In this document: in pieces, positions 9,759 to 18,110 of the stretch | Layout: every line of letters starts with the position of its first letter | Position numbering within the stretch: position 1 is the first letter of the stretch | Virus genome (UHGV): UHGV-1550212 | Strand: one strand, 5' to 3' | Length of the DNA stretch: 64,000 nt | Origin: a virus | Made by a program: the position numbers and the translations under genes | The notes under the pieces: model-generated | Told to the model about the DNA's origin: nothing | Databases searched by the model: none | What the model saw: only the letters and a program-made list of their open reading frames with translations

Positions 9759-9834
9759 TGTTTTGATGCAAAATGCAAAACAATATAAAATTGTTTTGAT
9801 GCAAAATGCAAAACAATATAAAATTGTTTTGATA
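9759..9834. repeat. Tandem direct repeat, 2.3 copies of a 33-bp unit
   Basis: ttgttttgatgcaaaatgcaaaacaatataaaa repeated head-to-tail; each unit contains the inverted pair ttgttttg / caaaacaa. Lies between the ligase stop (9836) and the Cys-rich gene start (9732). Confidence 0.8.
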
Positions 9835-9835
9835 T

Positions 9836-11740
9836 CTACAAAGATTTGAACAATTCCTCGTATGTTACAATTTTCTTGCCTTTTGCAAGTGCTGCTTTCA
9901 TTTTGTTCGACAGCTTGTTGACATCATTTGTGACAACATAGTCACATGCATCAATGTTTGCACCGACATCTTCAAGCTTACCATTTGCTGCATCAATAAA
10001 TGCGCCTTTTGTAGCCCAAGTAGGCTTAGGCGAGCCCGTCATGACAACTTTGATTGCTGCATCATTTGTAGACGTCTCTTTATGCATTTCATTAAACATT
10101 ACGAAGCATTGCGGAAAATGCTTGAGCAATCTTTGTATGACATTCAGCTTTATGAGCTTGTCAATTGGCTCCATGCTCAAGCCCTTAAAGTCATACTGAC
10201 AATTGCTGAAGTATGCAGATAACTGATACGCTGCTTTGCTGCCAAGACCAGGAATCTGCATGCATTCAATGAAATGCGATAAGTAAATGCTACTGAAGCG
10301 TTCACGTAAGCCTGCAATGACTGTACGGTCATTTTTGCTGTTTGTGTCAAACTGCAGCAGCTCAAACAGTCGTTCATTGTCAACTTCTTGCACAATGCAG
10401 AACAAGTCTTCAATTGTGGGCGCATCAGAGAATGTCAACATGACATCAAGATTGTCTTGTGCAATAAGCAAAGCCTCGCAAATTTTCGTAGCATAAACCC
10501 AACCAAGCCCATCGATGTTAAGCTTGCAAACGCCTTTGATAAACCTCGTGCATCTTGCAAATTCCTCAGGCATCATCAAGTGAATGCCATCGACATATGC
10601 ATGTACAGGAATGTCAGCTTTGCTGATATCACCAGGTTCAATACATTCTTGAATGTCTGGAATAATGTCGCCGCCCTTTTCAATACGAACAAGAGCGCCA
10701 GGCCAAATGTCATTTGCATGCAAAAAGCCATAGTGAAATGCTGAAGCTGCTTTTACTGTAGTGCCATCAAGCTCAACAGGCTCAAGTTCAACTCTCGGAA
10801 AAAGCTCACCATTGATTCGCTGACGCCAATCAATTCTAGTCACTCGAGTTACAGCAGACATTGCATCAAGCTTCAATGCAACCATGTTTGCGTATTCTGC
10901 TGCATTTGCAAACTGCTGCTCAATCCACAAGTCATCTGCAAAAGGCTTGACTACAATGCCATCAATGCGATATTTGAATTCTGGGCGTTCATTAGCAATT
11001 TTTGTGCAAGTTTCTGCAAACTCATTGTAATCAGTGACTTCAAAGACTTCTGCAATGAATTCTGCAGGCCAGCCAACTTTAGCAAGAGCATCTGCAGGAT
11101 TGGTTTGCTCATATGTTTTGCCATCAAGTGTGTCAGTCAACATGTATGCCATAGGGTCAATGTCTTCCATGCCACACATATCTAATGACTTCACAAATGC
11201 CGCAGCAGTATTACGCTCATTTTTGTATTTAACTGAGCCATCAGAGTTGAAGTGATACTTTTGTGCAAAAATGTCTTTTGCAATGACAGCTTCAAAGCGA
11301 ATCTGATATGGCTGTTCTGCTGCAGCAAGCTGCATCGGCACTTTGCCTGCTACAACAAATTTGCGCGTGACATCATAGCCCGTATAGCCATCACCACGAG
11401 TAACAACTTTTAGCAATCTGCCATCAGTGTCGTAATGTGCTTCACAGCCCATGCCGTCATACTTGTGCATAAGTAACATTTTATAACCAACAATGTTGCA
11501 CACAATATCATGCAATGTGGTTGTAAACTGTGACTTTGTGTGAATTGCAGCAAGACTTAATGCAGGTGTAAGATGCTTAACTTCTTGCTTGTTTGACTCT
11601 TCAAAACGAATCTTATGTTTAATGTCATCATTTGCAAGAAGCTGCTGTTCAAGAGCATCAAATGCATCATCAGACATTATCGGATTGCCCGCATAATATG
11701 CAGCTATAGCGTCATGGTACGTATTGAGCATGTCAGTCAT
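9836..11740 (-). CDS. ligA: NAD-dependent DNA ligase (LigA-like)
   Basis: Adenylation motif KYDGMGCEAHYDTDGRLLKVVTRGDGYTGYDVT (KxDG ... TRGDG); N-terminal Ia-like YYAGNPIMSDDAFDALEQQLL; 634 aa. Confidence 0.8.
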   Translation of the reverse strand: MTDMLNTYHDAIAAYYAGNPIMSDDAFDALEQQLLANDDIKHKIRFEESNKQEVKHLTPALSLAAIHTKSQFTTTLHDIVCNIVGYKMLLMHKYDGMGCEAHYDTDGRLLKVVTRGDGYTGYDVTRKFVVAGKVPMQLAAAEQPYQIRFEAVIAKDIFAQKYHFNSDGSVKYKNERNTAAAFVKSLDMCGMEDIDPMAYMLTDTLDGKTYEQTNPADALAKVGWPAEFIAEVFEVTDYNEFAETCTKIANERPEFKYRIDGIVVKPFADDLWIEQQFANAAEYANMVALKLDAMSAVTRVTRIDWRQRINGELFPRVELEPVELDGTTVKAASAFHYGFLHANDIWPGALVRIEKGGDIIPDIQECIEPGDISKADIPVHAYVDGIHLMMPEEFARCTRFIKGVCKLNIDGLGWVYATKICEALLIAQDNLDVMLTFSDAPTIEDLFCIVQEVDNERLFELLQFDTNSKNDRTVIAGLRERFSSIYLSHFIECMQIPGLGSKAAYQLSAYFSNCQYDFKGLSMEPIDKLIKLNVIQRLLKHFPQCFVMFNEMHKETSTNDAAIKVVMTGSPKPTWATKGAFIDAANGKLEDVGANIDACDYVVTNDVNKLSNKMKAALAKGKKIVTYEELFKSL

Positions 11741-11972
11741 CGTCTTCTTCTGTTAAATCATTTTCTTCTACCAATGTGTCGGTTGTGTCAATATCTGGAA
11801 ATTCGTAGTTGTTAGGTCGTTTTACGCTAATGTCATGCAAATGCTTCATAAGTTTATCACGAGTCATAAAGAACGTGTTATTATTATCATTTGCATACAT
11901 TAAGGGTTTTGCTGTAGATTCATATGTAGTTGCCGTGCATACATACAACGGCGAGCCATTCAGTGTTGGCAT
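11733..11972 (-). CDS. Hypothetical small protein with acidic C-terminus
   Basis: 79-aa ORF ending LTEEDDD; overlaps the ligase start by 8 nt. Confidence 0.4.
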   Translation of the reverse strand: MPTLNGSPLYVCTATTYESTAKPLMYANDNNNTFFMTRDKLMKHLHDISVKRPNNYEFPDIDTTDTLVEENDLTEEDDD

Positions 11973-11973
11973 T

Positions 11974-12417
11974 TCATTGCAATTGTTTTTGATACGCTAT
12001 CAATTCATTAAGCAATTCATCTGCATGACATTGAACAAGCAGTTGCCACGTTTTTGAATCAATGCCCTCAGTTTGCATATACAAGTCTACTACTCGTTTG
12101 TCAAACTTGTTTATTGCATCTACAGTAGCATTACTTGCAGGTTTGTCAACTTTCTTACCGCTGATAAAAGACCATTTTGGCTGTCTTGCATTACCAAGTT
12201 CTCTATGATAAGCATTCATAACTTGTGTCATGTCCATACCGAGTTTGTTGAATGCTTGAGCAATCTGCGGAAAGGCTATGGCAACATTGCGATTTGTCAT
12301 GAATGCATTGTCTGCTTTTTGTTTTGCAGTCAACTTATCATAATCGCTATCACGAACATACAATAGCTCCTTGAATTTGAAGAAGTCTACTTTTTGTGTG
12401 ATGAATTGTTCTGCCAT
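11974..12417 (-). CDS. Hypothetical protein (147 aa)
   Basis: ORF with promoter-like motif 12442-12470 immediately upstream. Confidence 0.5.
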   Translation of the reverse strand: MAEQFITQKVDFFKFKELLYVRDSDYDKLTAKQKADNAFMTNRNVAIAFPQIAQAFNKLGMDMTQVMNAYHRELGNARQPKWSFISGKKVDKPASNATVDAINKFDKRVVDLYMQTEGIDSKTWQLLVQCHADELLNELIAYQKQLQ

Positions 12418-12441
12418 TGAAGTTTATTGTTATATAGTGAT

Positions 12442-12470
12442 ATAGTACAACAAAAATCTCAAATTTGCAC
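12442..12470 (-). promoter_or_regulatory. Promoter-like motif (sense GTGCAAATTTGAGATTTTTGTTGTACTAT)
   Basis: Recurrent intergenic motif ~24 nt upstream of the start at 12417. Confidence 0.45.
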
Positions 12471-12471
12471 A

Positions 12472-12996
12472 CTATGATGGCTTTTTGTCATCAAATTTGA
12501 AAATGACTGGCATTGCAGAATCAGGCTTTATGTCGCCTTTGCTAACTGCGTCATTTAAGCATTCTACAATCTTTTTGCCAAAGTCTTTTACTTCTGCAGG
12601 AATTTTCTCATATGGCACATTTGATGACAATTGGGGCTCGTTTTGTTGATGCTCATTTTGTTGAAGCTCTGCTGTTTCAGATAGCTGCTTGTCAATTCGA
12701 GTACACATCAATTCATCACGTGCATCAATAAATTCTTGAATTGCTTGCAGCTGCTCAATGCTGCATATGACAACACATTGCAATAAGTTTGATGCATCAT
12801 AGAATGACATGCCAACAATTCGTGTAGTGTCATAATCGAATGCACATGAAGATTGCGCATAATCGATGTCTTTCAATGTATCCATAAACGACATTGATAA
12901 GTCTTCAATACCTGATACATCTGCAATGCTGAACACAAATTGTGTGCTGCCAACGCATTCATGCTTATCTGAAAATATGAGCTTATCTACTGTCAT
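12472..12996 (-). CDS. Hypothetical protein (174 aa)
   Basis: ORF; no confident motif. Confidence 0.5.
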   Translation of the reverse strand: MTVDKLIFSDKHECVGSTQFVFSIADVSGIEDLSMSFMDTLKDIDYAQSSCAFDYDTTRIVGMSFYDASNLLQCVVICSIEQLQAIQEFIDARDELMCTRIDKQLSETAELQQNEHQQNEPQLSSNVPYEKIPAEVKDFGKKIVECLNDAVSKGDIKPDSAMPVIFKFDDKKPS

Positions 12997-13208
12997 TTCG
13001 TAGTTACTTTTGTGATGATGCCCTTTGCAAGCATCTTTTTGTATGTGTCATAGCCGATAATGTCAATTGTTGTGTCGTTTACTCGCCGAACAATCAACTC
13101 TGCTTTATCTGCAGCAGACATGATGTTATCTGCAGCTTCTTTGTTTGCAGTGATAGCAGACCACTTACCATTACCGAGCTTAGTTATGTTTGCTTTGATT
13201 GATGTCAT
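12993..13208 (-). CDS. Hypothetical small protein (71 aa)
   Basis: ORF with 4-nt overlap to the downstream gene. Confidence 0.4.
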   Translation of the reverse strand: MTSIKANITKLGNGKWSAITANKEAADNIMSAADKAELIVRRVNDTTIDIIGYDTYKKMLAKGIITKVTTK

Positions 13209-13213
13209 TGTTG

Positions 13214-14557
13214 TCAGAATTGAAACATGTTGTTGATAAACGTATCGCCAAACTGCGCATCTGCAGCTTTTGACGTTATGTCATACGTTGCTGCATTGAT
13301 GCCGAGTGCAGTTATTGTTGATTGCGCATCTACAAGTTCATACACTTTGCAGCTTGGCTTTGTAATGTCTGTAAACGACATTGTGTACATGAAGTTTTCA
13401 AAGATATGTCTTGGTACTTCACGTGCATTCAAACATGCAAGTTGTCTATTTTCTGCAAATCGCGCCTTGAGCCATTCAAAGTCATCTGCAGGTACTGAGT
13501 CAACATTCATGAATGTCTTATATGCTGCAGTCAAAAACATTGCAATGACTTCGTCATCATACAAATCTTCACCAAGCATATATCGCATGCCAGGTTCCAA
13601 CTGTTTTGCATTGTCAGTTTCAATACCAAGAGACTTCAATGCATCGTAGATTTGGCCTACAGATAAATGCGACCAATTGTTGCCACGTTTCTTGAGCTTG
13701 CCAAACAATTCTGGGATGTTGTCACCAGCATCACCAAGCACAATCTTGTAAAACAAGAAACTTGGCACATGTTCATGAATCTCTGCATCAACATACTCAA
13801 GCAATGCTGCATATGGGTTGTCAAGAATGCGTGTTTTAACTTGAGCACCAGCAAAGCTGTCGAAGATGCTGCCGCCGACATTCTGCGACTTTTCACCAGC
13901 AAGTTCTTTGATGTGTTCAAGCACAAACTTGTCGCCCATCAGTACTCGAGACTTCTGCCACCCATTTGCTTTGCAGCCATTTTTGATGATTGCATATGCT
14001 GAACATGCGCCAGTGTATGTGTCAACACAAACACATTGAGTCAAGTCTTTGTCAGTGCCTTGATACAACACATTGCGGCCTTTTGACGTTGCATATCTGC
14101 TAAGCATGAAGATGACATCATCAGCTTCTGCTTCAGAAAGCTTAATGTGACGAATGCCATGCACTTCTTGCATCAACTTCAACCAGTCAAAGTATACACC
14201 ATAAACTTTGAGCCAGTTGATTGTCTGGTCATATGTTCGAGTGCCTTTGTAACCAGCATCTTCACCTTGTTCAAAGCCCTCTCTTGTCAAGTATTGATGC
14301 TTTGAGCGCCACAAATTCGACTTTTTGTCATCGACCGCAATGATGACATCATCAACAACATCTTCAAGTCTACGAAGCTCATTACAAAGGTCGAGCGTTA
14401 ACTTGGATATCAAAGACAGTCTTGATGCATTCTCATTCTTTTCGAATGACAAGTCTGTGCCTGATTTTGCTAATACTGGCACTCTGCTCTTCAACCACCA
14501 GCTTCCATCAATTACGTAGATGAACTTGTGATTATGAGTATTGTCAAGCTTTGTCAT
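13214..14557 (-). CDS. 5'-3' exonuclease / flap endonuclease (T4 RNase H-like)
   Basis: FIYVIDGSWW near N-terminus; SEAEADDVIFMLSRY ... GTDKDLTQC resembles T4 RNase H EADDHIAVL ... DGDFTQL; helix-hairpin-helix-like GDAGDNIP. Confidence 0.65.
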   Translation of the reverse strand: MTKLDNTHNHKFIYVIDGSWWLKSRVPVLAKSGTDLSFEKNENASRLSLISKLTLDLCNELRRLEDVVDDVIIAVDDKKSNLWRSKHQYLTREGFEQGEDAGYKGTRTYDQTINWLKVYGVYFDWLKLMQEVHGIRHIKLSEAEADDVIFMLSRYATSKGRNVLYQGTDKDLTQCVCVDTYTGACSAYAIIKNGCKANGWQKSRVLMGDKFVLEHIKELAGEKSQNVGGSIFDSFAGAQVKTRILDNPYAALLEYVDAEIHEHVPSFLFYKIVLGDAGDNIPELFGKLKKRGNNWSHLSVGQIYDALKSLGIETDNAKQLEPGMRYMLGEDLYDDEVIAMFLTAAYKTFMNVDSVPADDFEWLKARFAENRQLACLNAREVPRHIFENFMYTMSFTDITKPSCKVYELVDAQSTITALGINAATYDITSKAADAQFGDTFINNMFQF

Positions 14558-14805
14558 TGTCTGAATGCTTTTGCAATTGCTGATGTTGAGAGCATTGGCA
14601 CACTACCATTTTTGAAGCGAGGCTTTTTGTTTGACAACGACCACTTTTGCTTATGCCACTTTGAGCAGTTTGTGCCACGATTTGTTACATCTGCGCCGGA
14701 CCTTGAGCACTTGAGTCGGAAATCTTGTGCAGATGTGCAGTGCTTCTTTATTGAATGCTGACAATTATAGCAGCATTTATCTTGTGGTGTCACTGGATAT
14801 CTCAT
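14554..14805 (-). CDS. Hypothetical Cys-rich small protein
   Basis: ORF 14554..14913 trimmed to internal Met MRYPVTPQ (ATG 14805) to remove overlap with 14807..15274. Confidence 0.35.
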   Translation of the reverse strand: MRYPVTPQDKCCYNCQHSIKKHCTSAQDFRLKCSRSGADVTNRGTNCSKWHKQKWSLSNKKPRFKNGSVPMLSTSAIAKAFRQ

Positions 14806-14806
14806 G

Positions 14807-15274
14807 TCATTCAATGATAAGCGTATGACCAACTTCTTTCGCAAATGACACAATGCAGCCAAACAATTGCGGGTCACACCAAGGCTTGATGAACTGCTGC
14901 CACCAGTGAACATCAGATGACACCATCATTTCTTTGACAAGGTCTTCCTTTTCCCTGTCAAGATATGCAATATCACCCAATGCAAACATTGACTTCAAGA
15001 TGTTATCATCACTCATGTCAAACTTGCCAAGCCCTTGTTCGTCAACTTTTCGTGCAACTTTTATTGCATCAGGCAGCTTGCATGCCCCATTTGCGCATAA
15101 ACATGCTGCAAGAATTACAAATGCAGGCTTCTTATCCTGTGCAAGTCTGTATGCCCAATTGCGTGTTGCAGGAAAGTTTGGTACCCTGATGTCTACACCT
15201 TGAGGCAGATTTGATTCTTTAACTGCTTTGAGCTTGGCATCACTGCCAACCATGCCCATCTTTATTTGTGTCAT
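14807..15274 (-). CDS. Hypothetical protein (155 aa)
   Basis: ORF; no confident motif. Confidence 0.5.
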   Translation of the reverse strand: MTQIKMGMVGSDAKLKAVKESNLPQGVDIRVPNFPATRNWAYRLAQDKKPAFVILAACLCANGACKLPDAIKVARKVDEQGLGKFDMSDDNILKSMFALGDIAYLDREKEDLVKEMMVSSDVHWWQQFIKPWCDPQLFGCIVSFAKEVGHTLIIE

Positions 15275-15401
15275 ATATCAATCTTGGTCAAGAAATTGTT
15301 CTTCGTCATTTGACTGTTTCTTTGTCGACTCATCGACATTGTCTGCATCAAGCCATTTGTCATCTTGCTTGACTGTTCCAGTATCTGGTGCGTTCATATT
15401 G

Positions 15402-15797
15402 TCATCGGTTCTTTGAAAATGAAACTTGTGTTGATTGCTGTGGTCGTATATCGACAAACACTGAATCTACTGCGTCAAACTTAAGTGTCGCAAGTGAATC
15501 AATTGTCTGTCTTGCTTTTTGCAACTTGCGTGCTTTGATGCCTGATACTGTTGCAGACTTTTCAAGCAGATATGCATCACGAGGCGTCCAGTAACGAGCT
15601 TGCCAACGCATATGCATAGAGTCAACAATCAGATTTTCTGCTGCAGCGTCAATAATTGCCGCAGTTGATTGCTGAGTTGCATCAAGTCGTTGCTGCAACA
15701 CTGCTAATTGTTTTGTGTGCTGTTGCTGATGTTTGAATACTATGCTGATTGCTCCAAATAAGAGAAACCATGCAATAAACTGCAAAAATGACTTCAT
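15402..15797 (-). CDS. Hypothetical membrane-anchored protein (N-terminal hydrophobic helix)
   Basis: MKSFLQFIAWFLLFGAISIVF then Gln-rich coiled region; directly downstream of the clamp-loader gene. Confidence 0.45.
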   Translation of the reverse strand: MKSFLQFIAWFLLFGAISIVFKHQQQHTKQLAVLQQRLDATQQSTAAIIDAAAENLIVDSMHMRWQARYWTPRDAYLLEKSATVSGIKARKLQKARQTIDSLATLKFDAVDSVFVDIRPQQSTQVSFSKNR

Positions 15798-16801
15798 GAT
15801 TGCTGCACGAATTTTGAGAGCTCGAATGATAATGCGAGCATTGTTATGAATTGGTCAATTGATTGTTTCGACTCTACACCGTATTTGTGAGCTGCAATGA
15901 CAATGTCTCCAAGTCGTGCAACAAAACCGGGTGTGTTCTTTGAGAGCTTTGCATAGCACCAATTTGCAAAGTCAGTTGAGAGAGCATTGATGACTTCGGT
16001 TTCACGACCTTTGTATTGTGACAGTGTTTTGTAAAATTCACGTGGGTCTTTGCATGCAACAATGAAATCATACAGTTCTTCAAACTTTGCTGACATGCCC
16101 TTTGTGACATGCTCAAGCGTTATATGACGCTCGCCTTGATTGAAGACAAAGTAGCAAATGTTCAGAATTTTGCGGAAGTCTGGGTAGTTATCTTGAATTA
16201 GCTTGATGAGCGCTTCTTTTTCAATTGTGCATTCATTTTCCTTCAAGATATTGTAGACGCGAACCATGCATTTCTTCATCAACTGTTCTGCGACATCATC
16301 AGAAAAGTCGAATGATAGCATTTTGAGACGAGATTGAGCAATTGATGCATCAATGCGGTCTGGATAGTTGCAAGTTGCAATGAAAAACGCGATGCCTGCA
16401 AACTCTTCAATGGTGCCTCTTAAAGCCATCTGACTTTGCACAGATAAAAAATCCATTTCATCAAGCAGCACAACCTTTACGCCACTTGACGACAATGACA
16501 TATGCTGACAGAATTCTGAAATTGTGTTGCGAACTGTGTCAATGCCAGAATTCTTTGAGCAGTTAATTTGCAAAATTGAACGCCTATCAGTCCACTTCAA
16601 TGCCAATGCTCTTGCTGCGGTTGTTTTTCCACTTCCTGGTGCTCCTGCGAACAAATAATTTTGCGGCTGACCATTAAATGCTGCAGCATAATCATCAGGC
16701 ACAATTAACTCTTCGACTTTTGTTGGCCTGTAGCGTTCTAACCAAGTTTTATCTTTAAGGGATGCCATTTGTTGTTTGTTGTGATATGTGATATGATGCA
16801 A
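15794..16801 (-). CDS. Sliding-clamp loader subunit (T4 gp44 / RFC-like AAA+ ATPase)
   Basis: WLERYRPTKVEEL, P-loop AGAPGSGKTTAARALA, Walker B VVLLDEMDFLS, and NYPDFRKILN matching T4 gp44 NFPDFRKTIG. Confidence 0.85.
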   Translation of the reverse strand: MHHITYHNKQQMASLKDKTWLERYRPTKVEELIVPDDYAAAFNGQPQNYLFAGAPGSGKTTAARALALKWTDRRSILQINCSKNSGIDTVRNTISEFCQHMSLSSSGVKVVLLDEMDFLSVQSQMALRGTIEEFAGIAFFIATCNYPDRIDASIAQSRLKMLSFDFSDDVAEQLMKKCMVRVYNILKENECTIEKEALIKLIQDNYPDFRKILNICYFVFNQGERHITLEHVTKGMSAKFEELYDFIVACKDPREFYKTLSQYKGRETEVINALSTDFANWCYAKLSKNTPGFVARLGDIVIAAHKYGVESKQSIDQFITMLALSFELSKFVQQS

Positions 16802-16825
16802 AATGCATATTCATATTGTATATGA

Positions 16826-16856
16826 ATATGATACAACAAACGTGTCAATTTTGCAC
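16826..16856 (-). promoter_or_regulatory. Promoter-like motif (sense GTGCAAAATTGACACGTTTGTTGTATCATA)
   Basis: Recurrent motif ~25 nt upstream of the clamp-loader start. Confidence 0.45.
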
Positions 16857-17876
16857 AGCATGACCGCAATCGTACACAGGCAAAAAGCCTGCGTCAAGCA
16901 TCTCTTGTGTATCTTGTCCACAATCTTTAACATATTGTCGTGTTTTGAAATTATGCCAATGCTTATGAATTGTTGACTTGTCATCTGACAGCTGTGGATT
17001 GAGCGCGAAGTCAGTCGAGTCTACTGGTTCACCTGCAAGATGCTTTCTAATGGCATCAATGACTTCATTGTCATCCATCCATTCGAATATTGTAATGCAA
17101 GTGTAGCCATGCTTGAGAGCAAGCTGAGTTTTGTTGAAGTGATAGTCGAATGCAAGTGGATGATTATGCGTTGATTTGCCCATTGCATATGCAAATCCAT
17201 ATGCTGCATTGTGTGAAAACGTTGGGTTAATTTCAATGAGCAATTTGCAATGTTCATTGCTGTAGTTCAAATCAAATGAAAATCTATGCAATGAAATTTC
17301 ATCATAGCCACAATTGATGCAAAGTTCTTGCTGCAGTTTATCATGCCAATATTTGTTTATCGCTGAAATTGGGCGACCATTTGCATCTCTGCATCTCTTT
17401 GTCATGCAAAACCATGGCACACCATATCGTTGCAGCGTTGTTGCATTGATTTTTTGTTTAGGCCCAAATGCATTGCCATACAAGCGTTGTTTTGTTTCAA
17501 GCATTTTGTTAATGTTGCTTAGAGAGTCACCCCACTTTGCTCGTTTTGTTTCAATTGATTTTGCGACGTTGCCCCATGCATTGCCGTAGCGCTCTAAATT
17601 TGTTTGTCGTTGTTTAGCGACATTGCCCATGCCATTGCCATATTTTGCACGTTTTGATGCAACCATTTTCGCAGCAACATCTTTGCATTGATTGCTATGT
17701 TCTACACCATATTTGTGCAAACATGCTATTTTTCGATTGTACTTTGTTTTAATTGCGCCATGCGATGTTTTACGTGGCGCATATCTCACAAATGGCGTTT
17801 CTGCAAGCAATTTGTCTCTTTCCTCTTCAAGTTCTTTTATGCGAGCTTCAAGAGCTTCTCCTGTCAATTTTTCCAT
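16845..17876 (-). CDS. Homing-endonuclease-like protein, paralog 2 of 5
   Basis: MEKLTGEALEARIKELEEERDKLLAETPFVRYAPRKTSHG; repeats KYGNGMGN / ERYGNAWGN / LYGNAFGP / LQRYGVPW; C-terminal LLIEINPTFSHN ... GYTCITIFEWMDD ... GFLPVYDCG. Confidence 0.6.
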   Translation of the reverse strand: MEKLTGEALEARIKELEEERDKLLAETPFVRYAPRKTSHGAIKTKYNRKIACLHKYGVEHSNQCKDVAAKMVASKRAKYGNGMGNVAKQRQTNLERYGNAWGNVAKSIETKRAKWGDSLSNINKMLETKQRLYGNAFGPKQKINATTLQRYGVPWFCMTKRCRDANGRPISAINKYWHDKLQQELCINCGYDEISLHRFSFDLNYSNEHCKLLIEINPTFSHNAAYGFAYAMGKSTHNHPLAFDYHFNKTQLALKHGYTCITIFEWMDDNEVIDAIRKHLAGEPVDSTDFALNPQLSDDKSTIHKHWHNFKTRQYVKDCGQDTQEMLDAGFLPVYDCGHAVQN

Positions 17877-17906
17877 ATGTCATTTGTGTAAATGTCAACA
17901 AAAATA

Positions 17907-17941
17907 GCGCAGCAGTGTAATCTCACGACTAACTGCTGCGC
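17907..17941 (-). terminator. Hairpin (10-bp stem gcgcagcagt / actgctgcgc, 15-nt loop)
   Basis: Inverted repeat between the primase-helicase gene end (18111) and the paralog-2 start (17876). Confidence 0.35.
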
Positions 17942-18110
17942 TTGAACATTGTGCTATGAAAGAATGACCATCCCAAACACCCAAACAAGCACAAATGTTC
18001 CGACACAAGAAAACGGAAGAACCCGAAAGAAGCGAGGAGCACGCTTTGTTTGTGACTGGATTGTTATCAATGTATGTACTTATAGGGTGTTTGTTCGTGG
18101 GTTCTTGTCA

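Noticed and set aside
9759-9834. Tandem repeat considered as a possible CRISPR array
   Set aside because: Only 2.3 contiguous copies with no intervening unique spacers and no cas genes; it is a simple tandem repeat.
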